From an uncultured Pseudomonadota bacterium (GTDB taxonomy: Bacteria; Desulfobacterota; Syntrophorhabdia; Syntrophorhabdales; CAYQXL01), in the NCBI GenBank assembly GCA_964651435.1, contig CAZYVU010000001.1, positions 54,440-118,439 on the forward strand: 64,000 bases of DNA. Reading direction: 5' to 3'. Numbering within the stretch: position 1 is the first letter of the stretch; each line of letters starts with the position of its first letter. Made by a program: the position numbers and the translations under genes. Of the stretch, positions 1 through 10,132 are shown in pieces. The notes beneath the pieces were generated by a model. That model did no database searches. It was given only the letters and a program-made list of their open reading frames with translations, and was not told the DNA's origin.

Positions 1-1414
1 TCTCGGCATCATGGGCTTGGCTCTGGCGATCATGACGGGATGTGTCACCGTGGGTCCGGACTACACCCCTCCGGCCGTCAACGCTCCTCCGACCTGGCGC
101 AGCCAAATGAAAGGCGGGCTGACGGGCGGCGAGACGGATATGGAAACGCTTACCGCATGGTGGACCACCTTCGGCGATCCGGTGCTTTCCGGTCTTATCC
201 GGCGCGCCGCTGCCGGCAATCTGGACCTCAAGAAGGCCCAAGCCCGCGTCCGCGAGGCGCGGGCACAGAGGGGCGTGGCGGCGGCCGGCTTCTTTCCCAC
301 CCTCGACGCCGGCGGTTCCGCCACCTGGAGCCGGTTTAGCGAGGACTCGGGTGGAGGCATTTCCGCCGAGCTTTACTCCACGGGTTTCGATGCAGGGTGG
401 GAGATTGATATCTTCGGCCGTGTCCGCCGGTCCATCGAGGCCGCCGACGGAGACCTGCAAGCAACGGAGGAGGAGCTTCGCGATGTCCTGGTTTCACTTG
501 TGGCAGAGGTGGCACTAAACTACATTGAGGTGCGCACCCGCCAGGCGCAGCTTGCCGCGACAGAGGCGAACATCGCGGCCCAGAGCGACACGTTCCAGTT
601 GGCGGCATGGCGGCAGGAGGCCGGCCTCAGCGATGAGCTTGCCGTCCAACAGGCCCGCTACAACCTGGAAAACACGCGTTCGCTGCTCCCCGCCATACGA
701 ACAAACCTGGATGGGGCCTTGAACCGTGTCGCCGTGCTTCTGGGAGAACAGCCGGGGACGCTGCACAAGGAATTGGCAGGAGAGGGGGCGATCCCGGCGC
801 CGCCCCTCAAGGTGGCCGTCGGCGTCCCCGCAGAGGCGCTCCGTCGGCGTCCCGATGTGAGACGCACAGAGCGCCAACTCGCCGCCCAAACGGCCCGGGT
901 CGGCGTGGCCACAGCAGCCCTGTACCCCAGACTTACCCTCAACTGGTCCATCGGCCTCGACTCCCTTTCGCTGGGGAACCTTTTTTCCTCGGGCATATGG
1001 ACGGCAATCGGCGGCCCCTCCATCACCTGGCCCATATTCAGGGGTGGAGCCATCGGCAGACAGATCGAAGTGCAATCTGCGCTCCAGGAACAGGCATTGA
1101 TCGCCTATGAGACCACCGTTCTCGGTGCCCTCGAAGAGGTCGAAAACGTTCTCACGGCCTATGCCGAAGAGCAGGACAGAAGGGAGGCACTCCGCGCAGC
1201 GGCCGCTGCGGCAGGCGAGGCAGCGCAGCTCGCCGGACACAAATACGAGGCAGGTCTTACCGATTTCACCAGCGTTCTTGATGCCCAGCGCTCCCTTCTC
1301 TCGTTCCAGGAGCAACTGGCCCAGAGCAGCGGAGCTGTGGCCTCCAAGCTGGTGCAACTGTACAAGGCCCTCGGCGGGGGGTGGGAACCGCTGGCCTCCC
1401 AAAAGAATGGCTGA
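1..1414 (+). CDS. Efflux outer-membrane lipoprotein, NodT/TolC (OMF) family; probably 5'-partial
   Basis: ORF 11..1414. Lipobox-like IMTGC followed by GPDY..P, typical of NodT lipoproteins. The frame stays open to the window edge, so the true start may lie upstream. First gene of an OMF-MFP-ABC operon. Confidence 0.85.
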   Translation, partial: LGIMGLALAIMTGCVTVGPDYTPPAVNAPPTWRSQMKGGLTGGETDMETLTAWWTTFGDPVLSGLIRRAAAGNLDLKKAQARVREARAQRGVAAAGFFPTLDAGGSATWSRFSEDSGGGISAELYSTGFDAGWEIDIFGRVRRSIEAADGDLQATEEELRDVLVSLVAEVALNYIEVRTRQAQLAATEANIAAQSDTFQLAAWRQEAGLSDELAVQQARYNLENTRSLLPAIRTNLDGALNRVAVLLGEQPGTLHKELAGEGAIPAPPLKVAVGVPAEALRRRPDVRRTERQLAAQTARVGVATAALYPRLTLNWSIGLDSLSLGNLFSSGIWTAIGGPSITWPIFRGGAIGRQIEVQSALQEQALIAYETTVLGALEEVENVLTAYAEEQDRREALRAAAAAAGEAAQLAGHKYEAGLTDFTSVLDAQRSLLSFQEQLAQSSGAVASKLVQLYKALGGGWEPLASQKNG

Positions 1415-1427
1415 ACGGAGAGAAAAG

Positions 1428-2723
1428 ATGAAGTCAACGATTGACATCAACGAGAAACCGGACATCGAAGCAACCCTGGAATTAGGACAGCCCGCACGAA
1501 AGGGCAGGCGGTTCAAACGGTGGTTTTCCCTGGCCCTTGTGCTTGCAGCTCTATCGGCTATAGCAGGAGTTCTCGCTGGGGGCGGCAAATCCACGGTAAC
1601 CCACTACCAAACTGAAAAGGTCCGCCGCGGAGACCTTACGGTAATAGTAACGGCTACCGGAACCCTCCAACCTACGAACAAGGTTGAGGTTGGCAGCGAA
1701 CTATCGGGCACCATTAGGGCCGTCGAGGCAGATTACAACAGCAAAGCAAGGGTCGGTCAGGTCCTCGCCAGGCTGGACACCACAAAATTGGATGCACAAC
1801 TCACCCAGTCGAAGGCCTCCCTGGAATCGGCAAAGGCGAAGGCCCTTCAGGCCGAGGCAACGGTCACCGAGACAAAGGCGAGACTCTTACAGTACAGAAA
1901 GGTCCGCGAGCTCAGCAACAACAGGGTTCCATCCCAGTTGGAGATGGATGCTGCCGAGGCTGCCTTCGAGCGCGCAAAGGCTGATGCGGCGAGCGCCAAG
2001 GCAGCCGTCTCTCAGGCACAGGCGACCGTGCGGGCCAACGAAACGGATCTCTCCAAGTCCGTAATCCGGTCCCCCATCAACGGCATTGTCCTCACGCGCG
2101 CTATTGAGCCCGGCCAGACTGTGGCGGCGGCCATGACGACGCCGGTCCTCTTCACCCTCGCCGAAGACCTCACCCAAATGGAGTTGCACGTTAACGTGGA
2201 TGAGGCCGACGTGGGGAAAGTACAGGAGGGGCAAAAAGCAGCCTTCACCGTTGCCGCCTATCCCAATCGCTCCTTTGAAGCACAGATTATCCAGACCCGG
2301 TTCGGGTCCTCCACGACCTCCGGTGTCGTGACGTACGAAACGGTCCTCAAGGTAAACAATGTCGATCTGGTCTTGCGACCCGGCATGACGGCCACCGCAG
2401 ACATTACGGTCAAGAAAATTGAAAATGCCCTCCTCGTCCCTGGTGCCGCCCTGCGCTTCGCGCCATCCGTCAAACTGGAGGCAAAACCCTCGGGCGGTCT
2501 CGTAGGGGCGATTCTTCCCCGCCCGCCCAAGGCCGGCGCCCGGCAGCCCAGCCAGGGAACAAACGGCAGCAAAGAGCAACAGGTCTGGGTGCTAAAGGAC
2601 AAAGAGCCCTCAGCCGTTTCAGTAACGGTGGGCTTTACGAACGGGGGTTTTACTGAAGTTACGGCGGGTGATATCCGGGAAGGCATGGAAGTGATAATCG
2701 ACACCATAGCGGGGGCCAAATGA
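1428..2723 (+). CDS. Efflux periplasmic adaptor (HlyD/MacA-like membrane fusion protein)
   Basis: In-frame part of ORF 1107..2723. ATG at 1428 is preceded by GGAGAG (alternative ATG at 1407 overlaps the upstream stop). N-terminal TM, long coiled-coil Ala/Lys/Gln-rich hairpin and beta-barrel region typical of MFPs. Confidence 0.85.
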   Translation: MKSTIDINEKPDIEATLELGQPARKGRRFKRWFSLALVLAALSAIAGVLAGGGKSTVTHYQTEKVRRGDLTVIVTATGTLQPTNKVEVGSELSGTIRAVEADYNSKARVGQVLARLDTTKLDAQLTQSKASLESAKAKALQAEATVTETKARLLQYRKVRELSNNRVPSQLEMDAAEAAFERAKADAASAKAAVSQAQATVRANETDLSKSVIRSPINGIVLTRAIEPGQTVAAAMTTPVLFTLAEDLTQMELHVNVDEADVGKVQEGQKAAFTVAAYPNRSFEAQIIQTRFGSSTTSGVVTYETVLKVNNVDLVLRPGMTATADITVKKIENALLVPGAALRFAPSVKLEAKPSGGLVGAILPRPPKAGARQPSQGTNGSKEQQVWVLKDKEPSAVSVTVGFTNGGFTEVTAGDIREGMEVIIDTIAGAK

Positions 2724-3457
2724 AAGCCGAGAACAGAACCCGAGCACGGGGGGAGCCCGAACAGCCCCTCATCGAGCTCAGCGGGGTAACGAAGGTCTAT
2801 GGCGCAGGCCAGGGCGTCGTGCAGGCATTGCGGGGCATCGATCTTCGCATCGACGCCGGAGACTTTGCAGCCATTATGGGCCCAAGCGGATCAGGCAAGT
2901 CCACGTGTATGAATATTCTTGGCTGCCTGGACACGCCTACCGCCGGAGTCTACAGCTTCAAGGGCGTTGATATAGGCCGGCTGACCCGCAACCAGCGAGC
3001 TCTGCTCCGGCGGCATTATCACGGCTTTGTGTTCCAGGGATTCAACCTCCTGAGCCGCACCTCAGCGCTGGAAAACGTCGAGCTTCCGTTGATTTATAGG
3101 GGCATATCGGTGAGGGAGCGGCATGTACATGCCCATCGCGCCCTGGAGGTGGTAGGACTTAAGGGGTGGGAGTCGCACACACCGGGGGAGCTTTCGGGTG
3201 GCCAGCAGCAGAGAGTAGCCATTGCGCGTGCCATAGTAACGGCGCCGGCCGTACTGTTCGCGGACGAGCCGACGGGCAACCTCGATACGGCCCGAAGCCG
3301 GGAGATCATGGACCTGCTCGCAGGACTGAACCGCGACCAAGGGATCACCATCGTCATGGTCACCCACGAAGCGGACATGGCCGTTTACGCAAAGCGGCTG
3401 ATCCACTTTCTCGACGGCCTGGTTTCGTCGGACAAGATAAACGGAGGGAAGCACTAA
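2720..3457 (+). CDS. ABC transporter ATP-binding protein (MacB/LolD-type)
   Basis: Walker [10 protein letters not shown], signature [14 protein letters not shown], Walker [16 protein letters not shown] overlap with the adaptor gene. Confidence 0.92.
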   Translation: MKAENRTRARGEPEQPLIELSGVTKVYGAGQGVVQALRGIDLRIDAGDFAAIMGPSGSGKSTCMNILGCLDTPTAGVYSFKGVDIGRLTRNQRALLRRHYHGFVFQGFNLLSRTSALENVELPLIYRGISVRERHVHAHRALEVVGLKGWESHTPGELSGGQQQRVAIARAIVTAPAVLFADEPTGNLDTARSREIMDLLAGLNRDQGITIVMVTHEADMAVYAKRLIHFLDGLVSSDKINGGKH

Positions 3458-4665
3458 TGTTATGGAATAGCGTCGTGCTGGCAATGCGTGAGGTCAAACG
3501 GAACGTGCTCCGTTCCTTCCTGACCATCCTCGGGATCGTGATCGGCGTCGGCGCCGTCATTACCATGGTGACCATCGGTGGGGGCGCCACGCTGCAGGTC
3601 AAACAGCAAATTGCAAGCATGGGCAGCAACCTTCTCATGGTCACCCCGGGGAAGAGGCTTGGCCCGGGTCAAAGCTCAGGCAATATTCCGTTTAAGGAAG
3701 CTGATGCCGAGGCCATCATCAGGGACGTGGGATCGGTACATGCTGTCGCTCCCGTTGCGTCCCAATCGATCAAGGCCATCTTTGCCGAGCAAAACTGGAC
3801 GACCCAGGTGGCAGGCACCGACAACAATTATTTTACCGTAACGAACCGTTCGATCAGAGCAGGTCGCTCATTCAGCGAAAGCGAGTTGCGAGCCGGAGCG
3901 GCAGTCTGCGTCATCGGTGAGACCGTATCGGCTAAGCTCTTCGGCGGGCAGGCAGAAGTGCTGGGGGAAAAGATTCGCCTGGAAAAGCTTTCCTGTGAGG
4001 TCATCGGGGCCTTGAAGGCAAAGGGACAGAGCACCATGGGATCGGACCAGGACGACGTCGTTGTAATGCCCTTGCGCACCCTTCAACGACGCATAGCCGG
4101 CAACCAGGATGTGGGCATGATACAGCTCTCCGTCAGGGATGGCGCCTCGACCGAAAAGGTTCAGCGGGACATTGCACGGTTGATGCGGGACCGCCGCCAT
4201 CTTGGACCAAGCGACGACGACAACTTCAATGTCATGGATATGAAGGAAATTGCCAACATGCTTACGGGAACCACGCAACTGCTCACCGCCCTGCTGAGCG
4301 CAGTGGCGGCCGTTAGTCTTCTGGTCGGCGGCATCGGCATCATGAACATCATGCTCGTTTCGGTGACAGAGCGGACCCGCGAGATTGGAATACGCCTTGC
4401 CATCGGCGCCATAGAGGGTGAGGTGCTCATGCAGTTTCTGGTGGAAGCAGTGGTGCTCTCTTCCTTCGGCGGATTGACCGGCATTGTGCTGGCGCTCTCG
4501 GCATCCGTCTGGGTAGCCCATATGCTACGGGTGCCTTTCGTCTTCAACGGTCCCATCGTCCTTGTGGCATTTCTGTTTTCGGCTGCAGTAGGTGTCATTT
4601 TCGGCTATTTTCCCGCCCTGAAGGCCGCCAGGCTCGACCCCATAGAGGCACTCCGTCACGAGTGA
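3457..4665 (+). CDS. ABC transporter permease (MacB/FtsX-like)
   Basis: In-frame part of ORF 3166..4665. Start [13 protein letters not shown] at a TAATG overlap with the ATPase stop. Large periplasmic domain after TM1 and a C-terminal FtsX-type 3-TM bundle. Confidence 0.88.
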   Translation: MLWNSVVLAMREVKRNVLRSFLTILGIVIGVGAVITMVTIGGGATLQVKQQIASMGSNLLMVTPGKRLGPGQSSGNIPFKEADAEAIIRDVGSVHAVAPVASQSIKAIFAEQNWTTQVAGTDNNYFTVTNRSIRAGRSFSESELRAGAAVCVIGETVSAKLFGGQAEVLGEKIRLEKLSCEVIGALKAKGQSTMGSDQDDVVVMPLRTLQRRIAGNQDVGMIQLSVRDGASTEKVQRDIARLMRDRRHLGPSDDDNFNVMDMKEIANMLTGTTQLLTALLSAVAAVSLLVGGIGIMNIMLVSVTERTREIGIRLAIGAIEGEVLMQFLVEAVVLSSFGGLTGIVLALSASVWVAHMLRVPFVFNGPIVLVAFLFSAAVGVIFGYFPALKAARLDPIEALRHE

Positions 4666-4805
4666 AATTAGGTCTTTGCCTGGTAAGCCTTTGCGCTTTT
4701 TTCAGCGATAGGGACCCCCGGACTCTTGGCCTCCAGAAGAGGTTCGCCGTTCCTTGACATTCATGGATTCGGTCCTTACCTTTATGGTAGATTATCGGGG
4801 CATCC

Positions 4806-5837
4806 ATGGAAACACTGACTGACCGTGAACGGCTTATAATGGATCTTATCGTCGAGGACTATACGCGTTCGGCCGAGCCCGTCGGTTCGCGGACCCTGGA
4901 AAAGAAGCTCAAGAACCGGCTCAGCTCTGCAACGATCCGCAACGTCATGGCCGATCTCGAAGAGAAGGGCTTCATCTACAAACCCCACGTGGTGTCGGGG
5001 AGAATCCCCACACACAAGGCCTTCCGCCACTATGTCAATAACCTGCTCACGCCGAAGCGCCCGGACAGGCGCGCCCTTCAGGCCATAGACAGGCTTCACA
5101 AGCCCCGATACTTTCACGTCGAGCGGCTTATGGAGGACGCGTCCAAGGTGCTGGCGGACGCGTCCAACTATGCCAGCATCGTCGTGGAGCCGCGAATCGA
5201 TACCATGCTTTTCAAGGAGGTCGAGTTCGTCAAGCTGTCGAGCCATACAATCGCCATCGTTTTTGTCACCTCATCGGGTATGGTCCATACCAGGCTCGTC
5301 GAAACGGAGGAAAGTCTGCCCATGGAGACCCTTGAAAGCATGAAGGGTTACATGAACAGCAGGTTCGCCGGCAGGCCTTTCTATATCCTGAAAGAGGCCA
5401 TTCAGCAAGACGTCCGGCAAGACAAGGAAAGCGTCAACCGCCTTCTGGCCCGCATAAAGGACACGCTCGACACCATTATCAACGAAGATGACGGTCGGGA
5501 GATTTACATCGAGGGCACCTCCCAGATCATTGCGCTGCCCGAGTTCGCTGACCTGGGACGATTGAGGGAGCTTTTTCAGGCGCTTGAGAAGAAAGAGAAG
5601 CTGCTCAGGCTTTTGGATCATTGCCTGCGCCTTGAAGGAACCAACGTCATCATCGGCATGGAGATGGAAATCCTGGAAATGAGGGACATGAGCGTCATAG
5701 CATCGACGTATCGTGTAGCAGAGAAGAGCTATGGGATTCTCGGCGTCATCGGGCCCGTCAGGATGGATTATTCCAAGCTGATCCCTATGGTCAATTATAC
5801 CGCCCAGGCGGTAAGCAACATCTTGAGTATCATGTGA
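4806..5837 (+). CDS. hrcA: Heat-inducible transcription repressor HrcA
   Basis: N-terminal winged-helix region (ERLIMDLIVEDYTRSAEPVGSRTL, SSATIRNVMADLEEKGFI) and full-length HrcA-like architecture. Followed by grpE and dnaJ. Confidence 0.92.
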   Translation: METLTDRERLIMDLIVEDYTRSAEPVGSRTLEKKLKNRLSSATIRNVMADLEEKGFIYKPHVVSGRIPTHKAFRHYVNNLLTPKRPDRRALQAIDRLHKPRYFHVERLMEDASKVLADASNYASIVVEPRIDTMLFKEVEFVKLSSHTIAIVFVTSSGMVHTRLVETEESLPMETLESMKGYMNSRFAGRPFYILKEAIQQDVRQDKESVNRLLARIKDTLDTIINEDDGREIYIEGTSQIIALPEFADLGRLRELFQALEKKEKLLRLLDHCLRLEGTNVIIGMEMEILEMRDMSVIASTYRVAEKSYGILGVIGPVRMDYSKLIPMVNYTAQAVSNILSIM

Positions 5838-6433
5838 GGATGGAAATGGAAGAAAAGGAAGCTACGAACAATTCGGCGGCCGCCGGCGAACAGCCCGGCA
5901 CATCCCCGGAGGAACACAAAAAAAAGAAGAAGAAAGAGGACAGGAAGGAGCAGGCCGTTGAGGCTCTGGAGAACATACTGGCGGAAAAAGAAGAGCTCAT
6001 CAAAAAACTTCAGGAGTCTGCCCTCTATTTTCAGGCCGATTTCGAGAATTATAAGAAGCTGAAGGCAAAGGAAAAAGAGGAGACGGTCAAGTACGGAAAC
6101 GAGGTCCTCATCAAGGAGCTTCTGCCCGTCATAGACAACCTCGAGCGAGCCCTCGACCATGCCGGGCAAACTGAGGATGTCAAGTCGATTGCCCAGGGGG
6201 TGAGTCTCACTCTGAGCCAGTTTCTCAAGGTCTTGGAGAAGTCGGGCGTCACGAGAATCGAGGCCGCGGGAACCCGCTTCGATCCCAACATACATGAGGC
6301 CTTTTTTCAGGAAGAGCGCAACGATATGGAGCCCGATACGGTCGTCTCAGAGTATCAGAAGGGATACATGCTGAACGGTCGCCTGCTGCGGCCCGCCGTA
6401 GTCATTGTCTCCAAGCAGCGCGAAGACACGTAA
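5834..6433 (+). CDS. grpE: Nucleotide exchange factor GrpE
   Basis: GrpE core (FQADFENYKKR-like, LLPVIDNLERAL, F DPNIHEA, GY..NGRLLRPA.V.VS). The track start at 5834 is GTG overlapping the hrcA stop; ATGs at 5840/5846 are alternatives. Confidence 0.92.
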   Translation: MRMEMEEKEATNNSAAAGEQPGTSPEEHKKKKKKEDRKEQAVEALENILAEKEELIKKLQESALYFQADFENYKKLKAKEKEETVKYGNEVLIKELLPVIDNLERALDHAGQTEDVKSIAQGVSLTLSQFLKVLEKSGVTRIEAAGTRFDPNIHEAFFQEERNDMEPDTVVSEYQKGYMLNGRLLRPAVVIVSKQREDT

Positions 6434-6445
6434 CCTGCCGTCACC

Positions 6446-7537
6446 ATGCACACCGATTATTATTCAATTCTCAACGTTTCCAAGGAAGCTACGGACGAGG
6501 AGATTAAGAAGGCCTACCGGAAGCTCGCCCTCAAGTACCATCCGGACAGAAATCCCGGCGATCCCGAGGCTGAAGAACGCTTCAAGGAGATCAACCGGGC
6601 GTACGAGGTCCTGGGCGATCCGGAAAAGCGCATGCGTTACGAGCAGTTCGGAAGCGCCGAAGCGGGCAGTCCCTTTGACTTCGGCTTCAGAACTAACTTT
6701 GACGATGTCTTTAATGATCTTTTTAGCGACTTCTTTGGTACAAACCGACAGCGCAGGGCGCAAAGGGGCAGTGATCTGCGGTACAACCTCGAAATCGAAT
6801 TCGAGGAGGCCGTTTTCGGCACCGAAAAGGAGATCGAACTCCCCAAGGTGGAAACATGCGCCCACTGCAACGGTTCCCGCGTCGAACCGGGGCACAGCGC
6901 CGAGACGTGCCGCTATTGCGGTGGAAGAGGCCAGGTTCGGCAAAGCCACGGATTCTTTACCATTAACCGCACCTGCGAGCATTGCGGAGGGGAAGGCCGC
7001 CTGATCAGGAATCCCTGCAAGGCATGTAAGGGAAAGGGACACACAAGGACAAAAAAGACACTGAAGGTGCGCATTCCCGCCGGCGTAGACAACGGGACGA
7101 GCTTAAAGGTACGGGGCGAAGGCATGCTCGACTATGGGGATACCCATCCGGGAGACCTTTTTATCGTTCTTACCGTTAAGGAGCACCCTATCTTCCAGCG
7201 GGAGGACAACAATATCGTCGTTAGGGCGGACGTAAGCTTTCCCCTCCTCTGCCTCGGCGGCGAGATCACGGTCCCGACGCTGGAGGGCGAAAAAACGCTC
7301 CGGATCCCCCCCGGAACCCAGCCCGGCCATAGGCTGCGGATCGAAGGATTCGGCGTTCCATCGTCAAACGGGCGAAGAAGAGGCGATCAAGTCATTTTCA
7401 TCAATGTGAAGGTACCCACAAGCCTTTCCGATAAGCAGCGGTCTGCTATGGAGGGACTGGCCATTGCCTTCGAGGAGGATCCGCCGGCAGCGTCAAAAGG
7501 CTTCGCGGAGAAGATTCTCGACTTCTTCAAGTCCTGA
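6446..7537 (+). CDS. dnaJ: Co-chaperone DnaJ
   Basis: J-domain with HPD ([10 protein letters not shown]), Gly/Phe region, four CxxCxGxG zinc-finger repeats and a C-terminal substrate-binding domain. Confidence 0.95.
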   Translation: MHTDYYSILNVSKEATDEEIKKAYRKLALKYHPDRNPGDPEAEERFKEINRAYEVLGDPEKRMRYEQFGSAEAGSPFDFGFRTNFDDVFNDLFSDFFGTNRQRRAQRGSDLRYNLEIEFEEAVFGTEKEIELPKVETCAHCNGSRVEPGHSAETCRYCGGRGQVRQSHGFFTINRTCEHCGGEGRLIRNPCKACKGKGHTRTKKTLKVRIPAGVDNGTSLKVRGEGMLDYGDTHPGDLFIVLTVKEHPIFQREDNNIVVRADVSFPLLCLGGEITVPTLEGEKTLRIPPGTQPGHRLRIEGFGVPSSNGRRRGDQVIFINVKVPTSLSDKQRSAMEGLAIAFEEDPPAASKGFAEKILDFFKS

Positions 7538-7546
7538 CAGGGGGCC

Positions 7547-7879
7547 ATGCAGGTTCTCGTGAAGGTGTTGGTCAGTGTTGCCATCATTCTTTCAGCAACA
7601 GCAATAGCAAAGAGATTTCCGTCCCTTGCCGGCCTCATCGGCGTCATGCCATTGACGGGCGCCCTTGTGCTGGCATGGGTATATATGGAAAGCAGCGGTG
7701 ATCGCCAGGTCACGGAGGGCTTTGCAGTGGGGGCCCTCTGGGGCATCCTGCCGAGCCTACTCTTCTTTCTGGCCGCCTTTCTCTGCCTTAGAAAGGGTCT
7801 TCCCCTGGCAGCCGTTCTTGGGGCCGGCTTCGGAGCCTGGCTCGTCGGCGCTTTCATACACCAGTGGGCGCTGAAATGA
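7547..7879 (+). CDS. Small integral membrane protein (DUF3147-like)
   Basis: 110 aa with four predicted hydrophobic helices. Resembles the DUF3147 family from memory. Follows dnaJ by 9 nt. Confidence 0.6.
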   Translation: MQVLVKVLVSVAIILSATAIAKRFPSLAGLIGVMPLTGALVLAWVYMESSGDRQVTEGFAVGALWGILPSLLFFLAAFLCLRKGLPLAAVLGAGFGAWLVGAFIHQWALK

Positions 7880-7983
7880 GCGGCTGTGGGCCGGGAGCCA
7901 CAGGAAAAAGGGCCGGGAGAATATGGAATGGATTTTTTTTCCTCTATGTGGTGAGATAGTAGACAAAAAAGAAAGGGGCCGCT

Positions 7984-9018
7984 ATGCCCGTAGGAATAGT
8001 AAAGGATGATGTATTTCTTGAGCACGTCATTGATCAGTATCACCCCGAGAGCCCCGAGCGCCTGGTAAGCATTTACTCCACCCTTGCCGGACTCGATCAG
8101 TCGGATCTCGTCTACGCCAGGCGGCGCACCGCCACCACCGATGAGATTGCCGAGATCCACGAGAGGGCCTACATCGAGTCGATTTCCAAAACGGAGGGAA
8201 GAGAGCACACGCGCCTCGATCCGGACACGTCGACGTCGCCAAGATCCTATGAGGCGGCCTGCGTGGCCGCCGGGGGCGTTCTGGAACTGGCCGACATGCT
8301 CTTTTCTTCCACCATCGACAACGGCTTCGCCCTCCTGCGCCCGCCGGGACACCACGCAGAAAGCGACCGGGCCATGGGGTTCTGTATCTTTAACAACGTT
8401 GCCATCGGCGCGCGGTACCTCGAACGGCGCTGGGGCCTTCAAAGGATCGTTATCGTCGACTTCGATCTCCACCACGGCAACGGGACCCAGCACAGCTTTT
8501 ACAATGACCCTACGGTCCTCTATTTTTCCACGCACCAGTATCCCTACTACCCCGGGACGGGATCCTTAACGGAGGTAGGCAGTGGGCCGGGCAAGGGCTA
8601 CACGGTCAACCTTCCCCTCTCCTACGGCATGGGCGACGACGACTATATCTACGCCTTCAAAGAGATTCTTCTGCCCATATGTGACAGGTTCAAGCCGGAG
8701 GCGGTGCTCGTTTCGGCGGGCTTCGACGCCTACTATAATGACCCCCTCGGCGGGATGGCCGTAACGGAAGACGGGTATGCCGCCATGACCCGACTGCTCC
8801 TCGAAATAGCAGCCGACCACTGCGGGGGCAAGGCGCTCTTTGTGCTGGAAGGGGGCTACGATGTCAAGGGGCTGGCCAGTTCCGTCAAGGCCGTCCTGCT
8901 CGAGCTGAAGAGGTCGGGTGGCGCCCTGTCAGCGGGTGAAGGCAGGCCTTCAAACGAAATGGTGCGGATTGTGAACCAATCTAAGGAGGCTTTGGCACCT
9001 TATTGGGGAGAGCTTTAA
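7984..9018 (+). CDS. Histone deacetylase family protein (AcuC/acetylpolyamine amidohydrolase-like)
   Basis: Class I/II HDAC motifs RPPGHHA, DFDLHHGNGTQ, and GGYD near the C-terminus. Confidence 0.88.
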   Translation: MPVGIVKDDVFLEHVIDQYHPESPERLVSIYSTLAGLDQSDLVYARRRTATTDEIAEIHERAYIESISKTEGREHTRLDPDTSTSPRSYEAACVAAGGVLELADMLFSSTIDNGFALLRPPGHHAESDRAMGFCIFNNVAIGARYLERRWGLQRIVIVDFDLHHGNGTQHSFYNDPTVLYFSTHQYPYYPGTGSLTEVGSGPGKGYTVNLPLSYGMGDDDYIYAFKEILLPICDRFKPEAVLVSAGFDAYYNDPLGGMAVTEDGYAAMTRLLLEIAADHCGGKALFVLEGGYDVKGLASSVKAVLLELKRSGGALSAGEGRPSNEMVRIVNQSKEALAPYWGEL

Positions 9019-9299
9019 TTCCCGGGCTTCCAGATCATGTCTTTTAGCTCTTTTCCCACTTTGAAGTAGGGGAGTTTTTTCGGAGGAACGTTAACGACCT
9101 CCCCTGTTTTGGGGTTTCTGCCCTTATAGGCCTTGTATTCCCTTAGGGTGAAGTTGCCGAACCCCCGTATCTCAACACGCTCTCCCGCGATAATTGCTTT
9201 TGAGATGCTCTCGATGACCGTTTCAACTGCAGTCTTTGCTATCTTCTGGTTCACGCGAACCTCTTCGGCGATTTTGTCGATTATGTCAGTCTTATTCAT
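9015..9299 (-). CDS. HU/IHF family DNA-binding protein (IHF beta-like)
   Basis: 94 aa. Has the GFG.F......R.GRNP.TGE arm motif of the HU/IHF fold. AGGAGG RBS. Its stop overlaps the convergent HDAC stop. Confidence 0.9.
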   Translation of the reverse strand: MNKTDIIDKIAEEVRVNQKIAKTAVETVIESISKAIIAGERVEIRGFGNFTLREYKAYKGRNPKTGEVVNVPPKKLPYFKVGKELKDMIWKPGN

Positions 9300-9310
9300 G
9301 AGTTTTCCTC

Positions 9311-10132
9311 CTAAAGATGTTCTACCACATACCGGTATGCATTTCTAAATATTTTTAACCCCTCGCCCTCCTCGTCCAGGCGCTCCCGCGTCCACCGGGG
9401 ATGGTGCGTAAAGTGTACGTAGGCCTCGGGGTGGGGCATGAGGCCGAATATCCGGCCGCTCTCATCGCAGATGCCGGCGATAGACAGTGCCGATCCGTTT
9501 GGATTGAGGGGGTATTCGTCCGTTATCAGCCCGTCGCTGGTCGAATATTGGAGAACGACAAGGCCCTTCTTCTCCAGTTCCGTAAGCAGCCCTTCGCTCT
9601 CAGCGATGAGCTTTCCTTCGCCGTGTCTGACAGGCAGGTAGACCGTGTCCAAGCCGCCGGTGAACACACAGGGCGACGACCCGTTCGTCTTCAGGTGGAC
9701 CCATCTGTCTTCAAACCGACCGGAATCGTTAAAGGTCAACGTAACTGTCTGGCTGCCGTAAAGCCCCCCCAAGGCCGGCAGAAGGCCCGTCTTAACAAGG
9801 AGCTGGAACCCGTTGCAAATCCCCAGAATGATCTTCCCCTCCCGGACAAAGGCAACCAGCTCGTCGATGAAGCGCCCTCCGGCGCTGCTTGTCTTCTGGT
9901 ATTTCCATTTGACCGCCTGGGCCTTGGCCGCACCAAGGTCATCGCCGTCAAGAAAACCTCCCGGAAAATTGAGAAAGGAGTATTGATGAATCCGCTCGGG
10001 GTGCTCGTTGACCTCGTTGATGTGCAGCAGGTCAACATCAAACCCTACAAGCCGATGGGCATGGCTGGTTTCGTACTCGCAGTTTATTCCGTTTCCTACG
10101 AGCACCAGGCTTTTTGGTCGTTTTCCTCTCAT
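9311..10132 (-). CDS. purQ: Phosphoribosylformylglycinamidine synthase I (PurQ-type glutamine amidotransferase)
   Basis: In-frame part of ORF 9311..10300; start MRGKRPKSLVLV overlaps the ccsA stop. GATase-1 nucleophile elbow GICNGFQLL and C-terminal MPHPE. Confidence 0.75.
   Translation of the reverse strand: MRGKRPKSLVLVGNGINCEYETSHAHRLVGFDVDLLHINEVNEHPERIHQYSFLNFPGGFLDGDDLGAAKAQAVKWKYQKTSSAGGRFIDELVAFVREGKIILGICNGFQLLVKTGLLPALGGLYGSQTVTLTFNDSGRFEDRWVHLKTNGSSPCVFTGGLDTVYLPVRHGEGKLIAESEGLLTELEKKGLVVLQYSTSDGLITDEYPLNPNGSALSIAGICDESGRIFGLMPHPEAYVHFTHHPRWTRERLDEEGEGLKIFRNAYRYVVEHL

Noticed and set aside
515-1594. 359-aa minus-strand ORF. Similar long antisense ORFs occur at 19389..20294, 20523..21311, 28628..29617, 41164..42192, 52022..52957, 55017..55805 and 63065..63967.
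   Set aside because: All lie opposite genes with strong family signatures, so they are treated as GC-driven shadow ORFs.
7883-7906. Hairpin CTGTGG-gccgggag-CCACAG after the DUF3147-like gene, as a terminator
   Set aside because: It has only 6 bp and is followed by an A-rich rather than T-rich tract. The T8 run at about 7935 is not preceded by a stem.
7387-8535. 382-aa minus-strand ORF
   Set aside because: Antisense to dnaJ, the DUF3147-like gene and the HDAC gene. No recognisable domain.
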